64,000 nucleotides of DNA from NCBI GenBank assembly GCA_964016885.1, contig OZ024744.1, positions 63,178,001 through 63,242,000 of the forward strand. The letters are read 5' to 3'. Shown here one piece after another: positions 51,104-63,212 of this stretch. Position numbers and translations under genes: made by a program. Under the pieces are notes generated by a model. The model saw nothing but the letters and a program-made list of their open reading frames with translations. It did no database searches and was not told the origin of the DNA. The DNA comes from Eledone cirrhosa. Taxonomy: Eukaryota. Position 1 is the first letter of the stretch; the number at the start of each line of letters is the position of its first letter.

Positions 51104-53922
51104 TCAGGTGTAGTTTTGGCGTATTTCGGGAAGCATGAGTGTCTTAAAGGATGCAGTGTCTCGGCAGCTAACAATTGACGCAGGCAGTTTGTTCCATGCT
51201 TCAGCAACTCTGAGCGTGAAAAAATGTCTGCGAAAGTCATGGGAGCTGTGCTGTTTTCTTATCTTGTAGGCATGTCCACGTGTGTTAGACACATGGAGAT
51301 CAAAGAGGCGCTCAGGGTTGCAATTGGCGAGATGGTTAAAAACTTTGTGGGTATTCACCAAGTCCATTGCCAGACGTCGGAGCTTCAATGAATCCATGCC
51401 CAGGGAAGCAAGGCGTTCAGAGTATGGTAGGTGTCTGATGGAGGGTATGCGCTTGGTTGCACGTCTCTGAACAGTTTCCAGGAGGTCAATGTTCTGAGCA
51501 AGATAGGGGTTCCAGACTGATGATGCGAATTCCAAGTGTGGTCGTACCATAGCTGTATACAGTTTTAAATGGATGGCTGGAGAGCGGCTAACAAATGTCT
51601 TGCTGAGTGATGCCAAGACACCCTCGGCCTTCTTGACAATCTTAGAGACATGTTTTGTCCAACGCAAATCGTTGCTGACAGTAATGCCCAGGTCACGTTC
51701 ACAAGAGGACTTTTTGATATCAGTGTTGTGGAGGGAGTATGTGGACGCTGGATTTTTCCTTCCAAAATGCATGGTGGTACACTTGTTCACAGCCAGCTTC
51801 AGTTGCCAGTCTGTGATCCATTGCTGCATTGTGTCCAGGTCTGATTGTAGGAAAGAGTTGTAAATTTCAGGATCAGTCCTTTTGATTTCAAGGTACAGCT
51901 TGATGTCATCTGCATATTTTAGTACCGTGGCATTCTGTAAGTTGGCATCTATGTCGTTAATATATGCCACAAACAAAAGAGGACCAAGAACAGATCCCTG
52001 TGGTACACCAGATGACATCTCATATGGTGAAGAATGCTGTCCTAGAACCGTGACTACTTCTTTTCGGCTGAGAATGAAGGATTTCAACCAGTCGAAAAGA
52101 TCATCCCTCACACCCATTGCAGAGAGTTTTGCCATAAGTCTTTTGTGTGGCACAGAATTAAAAGCCTTAGCAAAGTCAAGGTAAACAACATCCACCCATG
52201 AGCCGCTGTCAGTGATCCGGGTGATGTCCTCAAGGAACTCGATAAGCTGATCACAGCAGCTGGAGTTAGGGATAAATCCAAACTGTGAGGGCCGGATGAG
52301 GCTGTGAGAGCTCCAGAAGTTCCAAAGTGTTTCTCTGACACAGGATTCCATCAGTTTGGCCATACAGCTAGTAAGACTGACTGGACGATAGTTGACAGGT
52401 GACATGCGGTTGCCCTTTTTGAACAGGGGAATGACACTGGCAGTTTTCCATTGCTCCGGAGTAGCACCATTGCTGAGACAGTATTGAAAGAAAAAAGAAA
52501 GCTGGCGCAAAAGGAAATCCCCGCCACGTTTGAGAAGCAGGTATGTCACACCATCAAGACCAGGGGAGGCATAGTTGCGCTTATTCTTAAGGTGACGTCG
52601 CAACATTGCAGGTGTAAATTCCATAGTTGTTATGGAATTTGATGTTAGAGATGGTGGAGATGGTACATTCTGGTTTTCAACATAAAAAATACTTGCATAG
52701 CACTCAGCAATGAGTTCTGCGCATTCCTTGGGATCGTCAGTGATCTGGCTTGTGTGGGGATTGCGAAGAGGACCAACTGGAGAGTGAGGTCTCTGCTTTG
52801 AATGAACATATTTCCAGAACACCTTACTGTCAGGATTGGTTGCGATGCACTGTTCAAATTCAAGCACTGCCTTCTTTGTCACTTGCTTGAGATGGTTAGA
52901 AGATTTATTCCGCTTTTTTCTGTTGGCATCTGATCTAAGCAGTTTATATTCCCGTTCAGCGTTCCGACGTTCTTTCCTGGCAAGTCGGACCGCTGAAGTT
53001 TCCCAGATTGCACTTTTGGGGTGGTTATTTTTCCGCTTCCGTGGCACTGATGCTGCACACGCTATCCATATTGAGTCCAGGATGCTCTGGAGTATAGAGT
53101 TCACATCTCCAGAGTTATACATCTCATGCCAGTTTGGGTGCAGTACAAGTTCCAATCCGCCCTCTTCCAATCAAAGCAAGCAGATTGGAGATGGCTCTGG
53201 TTTTTGTTGCTGCCCTCAAGTGCCAGATTGGCAATGATCATAGCATGATCAGAGTTGCCTAGAGGTTCCTCAGTAGTACAACTGATAACCACTTCAGGAG
53301 TAGTGGTGAAGATCAGGTCCAAAGTGTTGTCACCTCTTGTTGGAGAGGTGACTACTTGTGACCAGTTTGAGTCCAGCACTAGTTCAAGGAAATCGTTTGC
53401 ACCTTGTGGCCAACGAAAGGTTTCCCAATCGATCTCTGGATGATTGAAGTCACCTGCAATAAACACATAAGTGGCTGTTTTCTTGGCAGCAACTCTGAGG
53501 ATATCGCAAAGCTGTGTGTCCTGATGGTAGTTTGGGGGGCGATAAACAACACCGAGCAGAAGTGTTGACATGGTCATACGTATGTCACAGAAAAAAACTT
53601 CTTCCTGTGATTCGTTCAAATCAACGCAAGGAATTACCGAAAAGTTTGAACGAACGTAGACCATCACACCACCACCACGGCGGTTAATGCGGTCCTTGCG
53701 GAAAAGGTTGTACCCAGTAATGCTGCAAACCCCATCACAGAGTAAGGAATGTGCCCATGTTTCCGTGACTGTGATGAAGTCAGGGTCGATGCTTCTGACG
53801 TAGGATTCGAACAGATGTATCTTGTTGCATAAACTGCGAGCATTTAAGGACAACAATTTGTACCCTGCTTGCAGTTTATGATGGTGTGTAGAGGGTGGCA
53901 GGTTGTTCTGGTTTAGTTTCCC
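51104..53922 (-). CDS. CR1 ORF2: apurinic endonuclease plus reverse transcriptase, one frameshift near 53135
   Basis: APE motifs NARS, TETW, YRPP, GDFN, LDL, SDH (53101-53856). RT motifs NYRPVSLTS, QFGF, LDFAKAF, GVPQGSVLGPLLF, YADD (51104-53170). Confidence 0.92.
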
Positions 53923-55205
53923 AGAGTTGTAGCAGTTTTTACATTGCCAGTTATTGTGGGTAGATCACACTCAGACCAGCTGGTATCTCTCTTCCACGTT
54001 TCACCAGCCTTGACAAACCTCCAGATCTGCCCATCATCACGCAGACTGAAACTTTCATCTTGTGCTGAGTTCCGATTCAAGGAAGCTGCAGCACGTAGCT
54101 TTGGACGTACATGGGGTGGTAGGCCTGGGCGTGTTCGGAAGGTAATCCGATTTTCACGCCCAGCTTTAGCAGAGGCCAGATGATATGAGGTTGCCTCTGC
54201 GGGGTCCGAAAAAGACAGCCTGATGAGTCTGGGTTTTGGACCAGGTCGACCAAGGCGGAGAGCACCCTTTGGGGGAACACAGCCTAGGTCTTTGGCTGAG
54301 CTGGCAGCAAATGCCTGAAGATCAGCTTTGTCCTCTGGTACCCCAATGGCAATCACTTCATGGGTAGCAGATTCCGCAGTCTTTTCAGCAAGAGGTACAG
54401 GGAGATTCTTTAGCAAGGCATTCCGATAAGACCCCTCATTGTGGGGTCCTACCCGAATGCCTGCCTTTATTCCTGCAACTTCCCTTCTCAGAGCAGAAAT
54501 CATTAGTTGCAGTTCCGCAAAATCTGTACTGGTCGGTTGTTGTTGCTGCTGCTGCTGTCGTTGGTGATGATGATGTTCCTCCACGGGAATGGCAGGGAAG
54601 GACACAGTCGCAGGTTGCTGCTGCTGCTGCTGCTGCTGTTGTTGTTGTTGTTGTTGTTCCTCCTCCTCCTCCTCCTCCACGGGAATGGTAGGGGAAGACA
54701 CAGTCACCAGTTGTTGGTGTCGAGATGTACTGGGAGTGGAAGACATGGGTTGTTGTTGTTTCTGATGTTCTCCCACAGGAATAGCAGTAGAAGCCAGTGT
54801 CATAGGTTTTTGCCGTTGTTCAATAACAATGGTAGAGGAAGACACAGTCATTGGTTTTTGTTGTTGTTGTTGTTTTTCAATAACATTAGTGGAGGCAGGC
54901 ACACAGGCCAGACACTGAAAGGACCAGGATTTTAGCTGGACCATCTCCCAAATTCCATCCATCATAGCATTATGATGTCTCTTTTTTTGGCCTGGGATCC
55001 TCCGGAAGCCTGTGGTGCATTGAAGGCAGACAGAGATGCGACAGGTTCCACATTCGACCCAGCGATTACGGAACGAGTTTTCGGGTTCCGCACAGATATG
55101 GCAGATGTGATTTTCTGGGCAATGTTCTATTTTGGGACATCGACCGGTTTTGTCGCAAATTTCATCGATGGATATCACCATGGCAATTTTGTTATTTCTA
55201 CCCAT
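53913..55205 (-). CDS. CR1 ORF1: PHD-like finger, polyQ/E repeats, coiled coil, RRM-like C-terminus
   Basis: CHIC..WVECGTC..CLQC..FQCLAC, LQLMISALRREV, VIAIGVPED..RLGR..KPRLIRLSF. Uninterrupted; ATG at 55205 or 55181; ends LGN*. Confidence 0.85.
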   Translation of the reverse strand: MGRNNKIAMVISIDEICDKTGRCPKIEHCPENHICHICAEPENSFRNRWVECGTCRISVCLQCTTGFRRIPGQKKRHHNAMMDGIWEMVQLKSWSFQCLACVPASTNVIEKQQQQQKPMTVSSSTIVIEQRQKPMTLASTAIPVGEHQKQQQPMSSTPSTSRHQQLVTVSSPTIPVEEEEEEEQQQQQQQQQQQQQQPATVSFPAIPVEEHHHHQRQQQQQQQPTSTDFAELQLMISALRREVAGIKAGIRVGPHNEGSYRNALLKNLPVPLAEKTAESATHEVIAIGVPEDKADLQAFAASSAKDLGCVPPKGALRLGRPGPKPRLIRLSFSDPAEATSYHLASAKAGRENRITFRTRPGLPPHVRPKLRAAASLNRNSAQDESFSLRDDGQIWRFVKAGETWKRDTSWSECDLPTITGNVKTATTLGN

Positions 55206-56012
55206 CCGTAGAAAAACACAGAATGTAAACAATATAGGTTTAGCGCACTTGATTACGATAGAAATAAAATGTCTGTTTTTTTGTGTATTTTGTTTCCGTT
55301 TTCCTAAATGTTGTGTGTGTACAGAAGAGTCTGAATTACATTACATGTAAACAAATAAATATGCTGCGTAAGTTAAATGAAACGTACTGTAGAAGGCAGT
55401 TGTTTATTAACAGCGAAATAACGTTTTTTTTTTTTGTTTTTTTTTTTGTTTTTTCCCCTGATACTGCTTCTTTATAATAAACTTTCAATAATATTTTTTT
55501 TTCAAATTATTAACTTTCAGCTGCTAGTATATATATATAATTAAAAGGTGTATGTGGGTTAGAAGCGAAGTCAATGTTAAGAAATATTTTACCAATGTAA
55601 ATTGGTAAAATTGGCCGGTATAGTGTCTCACACGAAATAGTGTGGTTTCTTTTCACGTGTGTGTATATGCATATGGTATATATCTGTATATAAATCTGTG
55701 TGTATTTTGTTGTTTATATGTTTTGTGGAGTACTTACTGCGATCCCTAAGGAATGTAGTGATTTGTTTTGTTTTTTTCCTTTTTTCCCGTCCATGTCCAC
55801 ACGTGGTTTGTTGGCGAAAATCAAGTCAAATTAAATATACTTCGTTAAGATAATTCTATCTTGAAACTGGTACTATTTGTCAGGGAACAGTCAAAGTAGT
55901 TGTAATAATGAATATTGTAATCCATCTGACATGTGTTTAAAGGGCAGTTTTGGGTGAAAATATTATATTTTGTTTGGTCAAGATATATATATATTTTTTT
56001 TTTTTCTACAAG

Positions 56013-56048
56013 GAATGTCCTGATCTTTGGAGAAGATATCATGTAACT
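56013..56048 (+). CDS. ZCCHC7: ZCCHC7-like coding exon 6
   Basis: tttctacaag|GAA TGT..ACT|gtaagt: ECPDLWRRYHVT. Completes knuckle 4 and carries the Air1/2 IWRxY-type motif. Confidence 0.93.
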
Positions 56049-56207
56049 GTAAGTACTTTTGTCTTTAAAGAAGACAAATTTTTTTTTTTTTTTTTACAAT
56101 TAGAACCCTTTTGATACCAACCTGCCTGGAGCCACCTCTGGTTATGTCAAAAAGCTACCATAATTTTATGTAAACATTTTTGGTTAAGTCATGTTGCCAA
56201 CTCCAAC

Positions 56208-58701
56208 TTAACCCTTTAGCATTTATACCGGCTGTATCTGTCCAGAATTCTCTCACCTCTTTCTGTTCAAACAGGCCATAACCAGCTTCTGCTTATGTTA
56301 AGGTATTGTTCTCAAAATAAATAATATAAAAATCTCGTAGATTCGATATTATGTGAGACAACCATAATGACAGGACAGAGGCCTAGTTATACTAGCAGGT
56401 GACTTCAATGGTCATGTTGGAGAGCTCCAGGGTGGATACACTGGAGTCATGGTTATGGTTCAAGAAACGGAGTAGTGAGATTTCTTGAAATTTGTGATGC
56501 AACTGAACTAAAACTAACTTTGGGAAACCTGCCAACCACCTAATAACCTACCAATCAGGTGAGCACATAAGCCAGATTGACTTCTTGCTAGTTAGGCAAC
56601 GAGACACGGATGTTTTTGAATACTAAGGCATACTCTGGGGAAGAATGTACCCCCAACATAGGTTAGTCGTTAGTGACATCTCAATAAGCAAGAGACGGAA
56701 TGAGACACACAGGAAGGTCTGGAAGCTAAAAGACCTTTCACTTAAATATAAATTTAGGAAAGCCCTTCAAGATGTGTATGGCGAGAAAGAAGACTAATTA
56801 GAATTGTATGACATAGAAGATAAGTGGAAGTTCTTATGTGACAACTTACTGCAAGCAACTGAAGAGACTTGTGGCTGGAGCAAAGCTCCAACCAGACAGG
56901 GTTACTTGGTGGTGGAACAGCACAGTAGATAGAGCCATTAAAGACAAAAGACAAGCATGGAAGGATTGGCAAAGTGGAGGGAGTAGAGACTGATACTCAG
57001 CTGCTAAAAGAGAGGTTAGATGTCAGGTGTACTTAGCATGCAGGGAAGCTGAGAGTAGGAGGTTTGCCAATGTTCTGCGACAAGATCAGACATCTGGTGT
57101 TCCTCATTGTAAGGCAGTGTAAATCAGGATGTTTTGGAGATAAGTGTGTCTGAAATGATGCTGGTGTACTTAGTGTCATTGATGCTCAGAAAAAGGAGGC
57201 CTGGAAATGTCATGAGAGACTGAATATTGAGAATGAATGGGAGACAGAAACTACCCCCAACGGGGGGACCAGCTAATGAGATTGACTATAGAGTCAAAGA
57301 GGCAATTAAGAAAATGAAAAGTGGTAAGACCACTGGACTGTCAGGAATAGTGGCTGAGGTGTTGAAGGCACCAGAAGTAGGAACTAAACTGGTTGCATGC
57401 ATAGTCAATCAAAATATATATGGCGGTCATACCCAAAGACTGATGCAGCAGTATTCTTCTTGTTAATTGCTACAAAGGTAAAGGGGATGTTCTGGAGAGG
57501 AGCAATTATAGGGGCATAAAACTGATGGATCAGGTTATGAAAGTGACAGAAAGAGTGCTATCACAACTAATTAGAGAAATAGTAAAATTAGATGAGATGC
57601 AGTTTGGTTTTGTGCCTGGGAAAAGTACATCAAATGCCCTATTCTTAGTGAGACAACTACAAGAGAGGTTCTTAGAGAAGAATAAGCCACTATATTTAGC
57701 TTTTGTTGACCTAGAGAAGGCATTTGATAGAGTACCCCAATCTACACCTAGTTTCCTTAGGAACCATCAGATGACAGAGAAATGTCTTGAGGACAGTACA
57801 AGCTATGTACAGAGGAGCTGTCAGTAGGAATGGAGTTTAGTGAGGAATTCCAGATACAAGTAGGAGTACATCAAGGTTCCGTCCTCAGCCTGATTCCATC
57901 AGGGAAATGGCCATCTTTGATATGTTGAAAAGGAGTTGGCATAAATTCTATAGAATGTAATGGGATAGCAGGCAAACTAACATGAAAGGAAAACTTCATA
58001 TGCAGTAGATGTTTAGGGGAATTTGATAGTTGCATTTTTCAAATGCAAGTAAGATCTATGGAGGTGGTTGATTGCTTCCGATACCTAGGTGATCAGATTA
58101 GCAAGGGAGGAGGATGCTCCGATGCCATAGTATCTAGAATGACAGGGTGGAAGAAGTTTAGAGAGCTGCTTCCTCTGTTGACAACGAAGGGTTTCTCCCT
58201 ATGAACGAAAGGTCGGTTATATGATGCCTGTGTGAGATGCGTGATGCTGCATGGTAGTGAGACATGGGTGGCAACTGCGGCGGATATGTGACGGCTGGAG
58301 AGAAATGAAGCAAGCATGCTCCGTTGGATGTGCGTGAACGAAGAAGCATGGGTGAGTTGAGAGAAACTGTGTATAAGAGGGATAAACTAGTGTGCGGGAG
58401 AGAAGACTGCATTGGTATGGATATGTGATGCGCATGGAGGATGACCGCTGGGTAAAGAAGTGCCAAAATATCCCGTTGGGAGGAAGACCATGAAAAACAT
58501 GGGCGAGGGTGGTAAGAGCTGACCTCAGATTTCTGAAGCTCACAGAAGAGATGGCAAATGGAGAGATGCTGTGCTGAAAAGGACTCACACCACCTTTGCA
58601 AGCAAGGAAAAGCGAACGTATGATGATGATGATGATGATGGAAGTGTTTACCATGTAATTACAATAGTAAATATAGAGTAATGTAAATGCTAATGGGTTA
58701 A
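56208..58701 (+). mobile_element. piggyBac-type MITE split by a degenerate 2.3-kb RTE LINE (~56360-58640, plus)
   Basis: MITE halves 56208-56358 and 58641-58701 with TTAA ends. Inside: AGDFNGHVG, NYRGIKLMDQVMKV, MQFGFVPG, AFVDLEKAFDRVP, GVHQGSVLS, FRYLGD, (GAT)n tail. Confidence 0.88.
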
Positions 58702-59717
58702 TAAGGAAAATAAATTTGACATTTCACAAAATGTATCCAAACTCCTTATTAATTTCAAAATTAAGGGAGATGCGTAAGTAATGTTTAATTTATTAAAGAA
58801 ATATTGTCAGAAAAAGGTTAATGAGATATCTTCCTAAATTGAGTTTCATCTTAGTTTTAACATCCACAATTGTATGTCTGCATGGGTTGGAATGAGACTT
58901 TTGAGGCAAGTGTTCTGCAGCTGGATGCCCTTCTTGATGTTAACCCTGATTTTATTCTAAGTATAGTCTAAACCCATGTTAGCGTGGAAGATAGACGTTA
59001 AATGATGATGATGATGTAGTGTATGTATATTGCTAATGTGCAGTGAACCACTATACAGCAGAAAGTATTTTTTACATGGGACATATTATTGTTAGGGTGG
59101 TAGATTGGTAGACAAAATGATTTGTGGCATAGTTATTATGGTCTTTTAGGTTCTGAATTCAAATCCGACCAAAGTTAGCTCTGCCTTTCATCCTTATGAT
59201 AAAATGAAATACCAGTCATGCACTGGGGTTGGTTTAATCGACTTTCCCCTCCTCAAAAATTGTTGGCCTTGTGCCTATAACATTTTTATTATTATTATTA
59301 TTATAGTAGTAGCAGTAGCAGTATATAGGGTGAGGATTGGTAATACTGTTATAGAGCATTGGAAGAAATACTTTGCAGTATTCTGGCTCTTTACATCCCT
59401 TCGTAGACTTCCGTTACCAAGATTATTTTATCGAGCCTTGTAATAATTAAAAGAAAAATTAAGGACCAGCCAAGTTGTTGGGGTTGAGTTAATCGATTTC
59501 CTTTCCTCAAAATTTATGTCCATGTACAGATGGAATTTCTACACCTCCTTTCCTGCTCACAGAGCAAGACCAGTTCCCTGAAAGAATCAAGGCCCTGTTT
59601 TCCTGTGTTGATGTCTCTTTCCTTTACATGATATAAGCCCCACACAGTGGTGTTTTCCATCCTTGCATTGGCCTCCATGCCGTGGGCCTTTATGACCATT
59701 AAAAGAACCCTTCCATG

Positions 59718-60050
59718 GTTAGCTTTGCTTTTCATCCTTACGGGGTTGGGGCTCAGTAAAATGAAGTACCAGTAATGCACTGGAGTTGATTTAATTTATT
59801 TCCCCTCCCCCAAAAAATTGTTAGTCTTGTGCCTAAGCCGAGGTTAACTTTGCCTTTCATCCTTACGGGGGTTGATAAAATAAAGTACCAGTAATGCACT
59901 GGGTAATTGCTGGCCTTGTGCCTAAAGTAGAAACTATTATTACCTTTCATCTTTATGGAGTTGATAAAATAAAGCACCAGTAATGTACTGTGGTCAATTT
60001 AATTGACTTTCCCCTCCCCCGAAATTGTTGGCCTTATGCATGTAGTACAA
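59718..60050 (+). mobile_element. Cluster of three partial MetaSINE-like cores
   Basis: Repeated TTTCATCCTTACGGGG..GATAAAATAAAGTACCAGTAATGCACTGG. Confidence 0.7.
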
Positions 60051-60103
60051 ATCATTATTATCATTATCATAATTTCTTTTTTGTTTCTTAATATGATCTT
60101 CAG

Positions 60104-60193
60104 ACAAAAGAAGGCCCCATTGTGAAGACTCGATCTCAGTGTAACCCAAGGGTTTATTGCTATAATTGTGGAGCTTGTGGACATTTTGCTCAT
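60104..60193 (+). CDS. ZCCHC7: ZCCHC7-like coding exon 7 (knuckle 5)
   Basis: cttcag|ACA AAA..CAT|gtaagt: TKEGPIVKTRSQCNPRVYCYNCGACGHFAH. Confidence 0.94.
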
Positions 60194-60776
60194 GTAAGTA
60201 TTGGCTAGATTTATCTTTAGACAATTCTTGACTACTTTTCCTCTTGTCTACCTTTTTGTTATGTGAAGGTGCATGGCATAGTGGTTAAGATGGTTGGTTC
60301 ACAATTCTAAGGTTTACATCTATTCTTCACATTTCTCCAGTTCACACAACTGGCAAAAATGCATTGTATCAAAAGGGCCAGCATTTTCAAACACTGAATC
60401 TCCTTAATAATTAATTTGGGGTACGTGTGTGTCTGGGGAATGCTTAGTAACATGTTAGTTTCATGAGCAAGCTATTCTATTGTTTGAACCAATGGAATCT
60501 CCAACACACCTTGTGTTAATTTGTTGCTTATATTTTTGTATATAGTGGTAATATTATCATCATCAATCAATGTTATGCCTGCTTTTCCATACTGGCATGG
60601 GTTGGATCAGACACTTTGAGACAGAATTCTATAGCTAGATGTCCTTCTTTATACCAATCCTTAAGAAAAGAAACACTCACACATAAGCCACCAATGGCAA
60701 CTTCTTTTTCCAACTTTAAGGGTCTTCACTCTATTTATAGTATCTCTGTGCATAAACACTCCAAAAGTCGATAGAA

Positions 60777-61195
60777 GCCTTGGAGTGGGGGGAGGATGAG
60801 GTGATGAAAGCTGACCTTGCTCAATTGCACCTCTCAAAGACGATGACAGGGCTGAGACCTCTGGCATTACACAGTAATACAGAAGAGCCGACTTCTCATG
60901 GGTACAAGCTGAAGCATATAGACAGTATGCCCCTACCCGCTTTTCACAGTAAAGTGGTCGTAGAGGTGTCACAACATAAATCGCCCAGTCCACACTGTAA
61001 AGTGGTTGTGTAGGCATCATGGTAAAAAAGCACCCAGTACTCACTGTAAATAAGGTTGGTGTTAGGAAGGGCATCCAGCTGTAGAAATCAAGCTAAAATC
61101 AGTTCCGTATGAGCAAGACATGGTCACCTGACCTGTCATTGCCTACAACAGGACAACCCGTCTAACCCATGCTCGCGTGGAAGAATGGATGATGA
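60777..61195 (+). mobile_element. RTE LINE 3' terminal fragment (others at ~27250-27740, 36326-36600, 47160-47585, 49445-49800)
   Basis: DEVMKADLAQLHLSK, 3'UTR and AACCCATGCT.GCGTGGAAGAA end, matching 9020-9430. Confidence 0.8.
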
Positions 61196-61635
61196 CAGAG
61201 AGAGATGGGCTTCCATACAGTTTCCATCTACTCAATTAACTTACAAGACCCAAAGCTATATTAGAAGATACTTGTCTAAGGTGCTACGTGCTACATAGGG
61301 AAAGTAGCTGAGAAGTGAACTTCTTGACTATACAACCATATCTTGCTGTTCTATTTTATCACTCCCTAGTGCTAGTAACATGATAAAATGTGCCCAGAAC
61401 CGTCTGTAAAGAGGTTGGTATTGGAAAAGACATCCAGCTGTAGAAACCATGACAAATAAATGGTTGAGAGGACTCTTCAGTTGTGTCAACGATATGGGTT
61501 CCATTCATTTTGAGTGACCAGTAATTTCAGCAGATTAATTTTAAGCAAAATATATACTATTGTACAATTCACAACAATTAACGCCAATGAATATTAACTT
61601 TATATACATTCTTTTTTTTTTTTTCTCTTAAACAG

Positions 61636-61728
61636 GAATGTAGTGAAGAAACCATGTCCAGATATACCCAATTGTCTTATCCTTTCATTATCAGCTATTA
61701 TACTAAACTAACATATGCAAATACACGA
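61636..61728 (+). CDS. ZCCHC7: ZCCHC7-like coding exon 8
   Basis: aacag|GAA TGT..CGA|gtaagt: ECSEETMSRYTQLSYPFIISYYTKLTYANTR. Completes knuckle 5 and has the PFI.YY motif. Confidence 0.92.
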
Positions 61729-63177
61729 GTAAGTATGCAGGGCATTGTGGAGAACTTATTGTTTATACTTTTGGATGCCTTGATTTTTTTAAAATTCTTT
61801 TATTGGTTTCTGTCAGACTGTGGTCATGCTGGAGCCTCCTACCTTGAAGGAATTTAGTTGACCATATTACCTCCCACCCCCAGTAATTTTTTTTTTTCCA
61901 GTCTGGTAGTTAAAATATATGTAAACGTAAACATAGACACTGACACACACACATATATGACAAGCTTCTACAGTTTCTGTCCAAATTTTACTCACATGGC
62001 ATTGGTCAACTCAAGGCAAAGTTGAAAACACCTTTACCTAAGGTACCATACACTGAGAACCTGAAAGCAAGTTATTGCAAAGCAAACTCCTTAACCACAC
62101 AACCATGCCTATGTTTTTTTTTATGTACTAGGATTTTTTCCAACATGCTGACTGTGTATGCATATTTGAGTATATAAATATAAACTCGCAACACACACAC
62201 ACTTACAAAAATATACACTCAGACATACATTCACACAAATACATACATTCACACACACACACACATTTACACAAACACAGTGTAGCAAATGTATCACCAG
62301 CCACTTTTTTGCAATAGTTTTTGCACCATCCCCTTTTTACACGCACATACATTCACACAAACACACACATACACACATTGTGTGATGGCTGGATATCACT
62401 CAAATTAATATATAGAGTTGTGAAGTTTATAAGAGCAACAGTTACAAAGTAGAACTGTTAAGAAAAGATTTTGAAAGTGCCAGATATGTCATACATGGCA
62501 ATTTGAGTGGTAATAAACCATGCAGTGTTAAAGTGTTCTTGATATACTCTGTGAAATGGCTGGGGAGAACTGTTAATTTCAGCCACATCAAAGACATAAC
62601 TACTTTATCTGCAATAAAATGTACCCGTTACACTCTGTAGAGTGGTAGGTGTTAGGAAGGGTATCCAGCTGTAGAACCCCTACCTAAAATATTGTCCTTC
62701 CTTCAACCTTTCCAACCCATGCCACTATGGAAATTATCATCATCACTGTTTTACATTTGCCTTTCCATGTTTCCTTAGGTTAGTGACCCTTTTCCATCAC
62801 ATTTTTTCATCATCTCCTTTATGAGGTTCAGCAATTTGAGATCCCTTCTACCCAGTTTTCCCTCAGTCTTCTTCTAATTCAGCTTCCTTCTACTGAGATC
62901 TATTCACCCAACATCCATCAACCATACACATCACATGTTCATACCAATGCAATCTTTTCTCCCACATCCAACATCGGATTCTTCTTTTCCAAATTTTTCT
63001 CTCAGTTCCTTTGTCCTTAGTCTTTCATGCATGCTAACATTGCTCATCCATCAGAACATGCCCAATTTATTTCTGTCCAGTTTTTACTTATCCTCTGCAT
63101 TCACTGCCCATGACTTACTACTATGCAACATTGCCTTTTGCATGAATGTAAAATGATGTATAGAATGTGCATCTTTT

Positions 63178-63209
<32 letters not shown>

Positions 63210-63212
63210 CAG

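Larger units (their letters stand above)
50945..55240 (-). mobile_element. Near full-length CR1-clade LINE in a ZCCHC7 intron, antisense
   Basis: ORF1 plus ORF2 (APE, RT, CR1 C-terminal TRGH..K..R.HFF..RV...WN.LP), short 3'UTR and (TTATTG)n tail. 5' boundary and TSD not resolved. Confidence 0.93.

Noticed and set aside
53130-53145. CCCAAAC heptamer at the frameshift inside CR1 ORF2 as a second programmed site
   Set aside because: It is phased to the downstream RT frame, not the incoming APE frame. A small deletion or sequence error is simpler.
51282-55211. Plus-strand ORFs overlapping the CR1 element
   Set aside because: Antisense shadows of the LINE coding sequence with no independent motifs.
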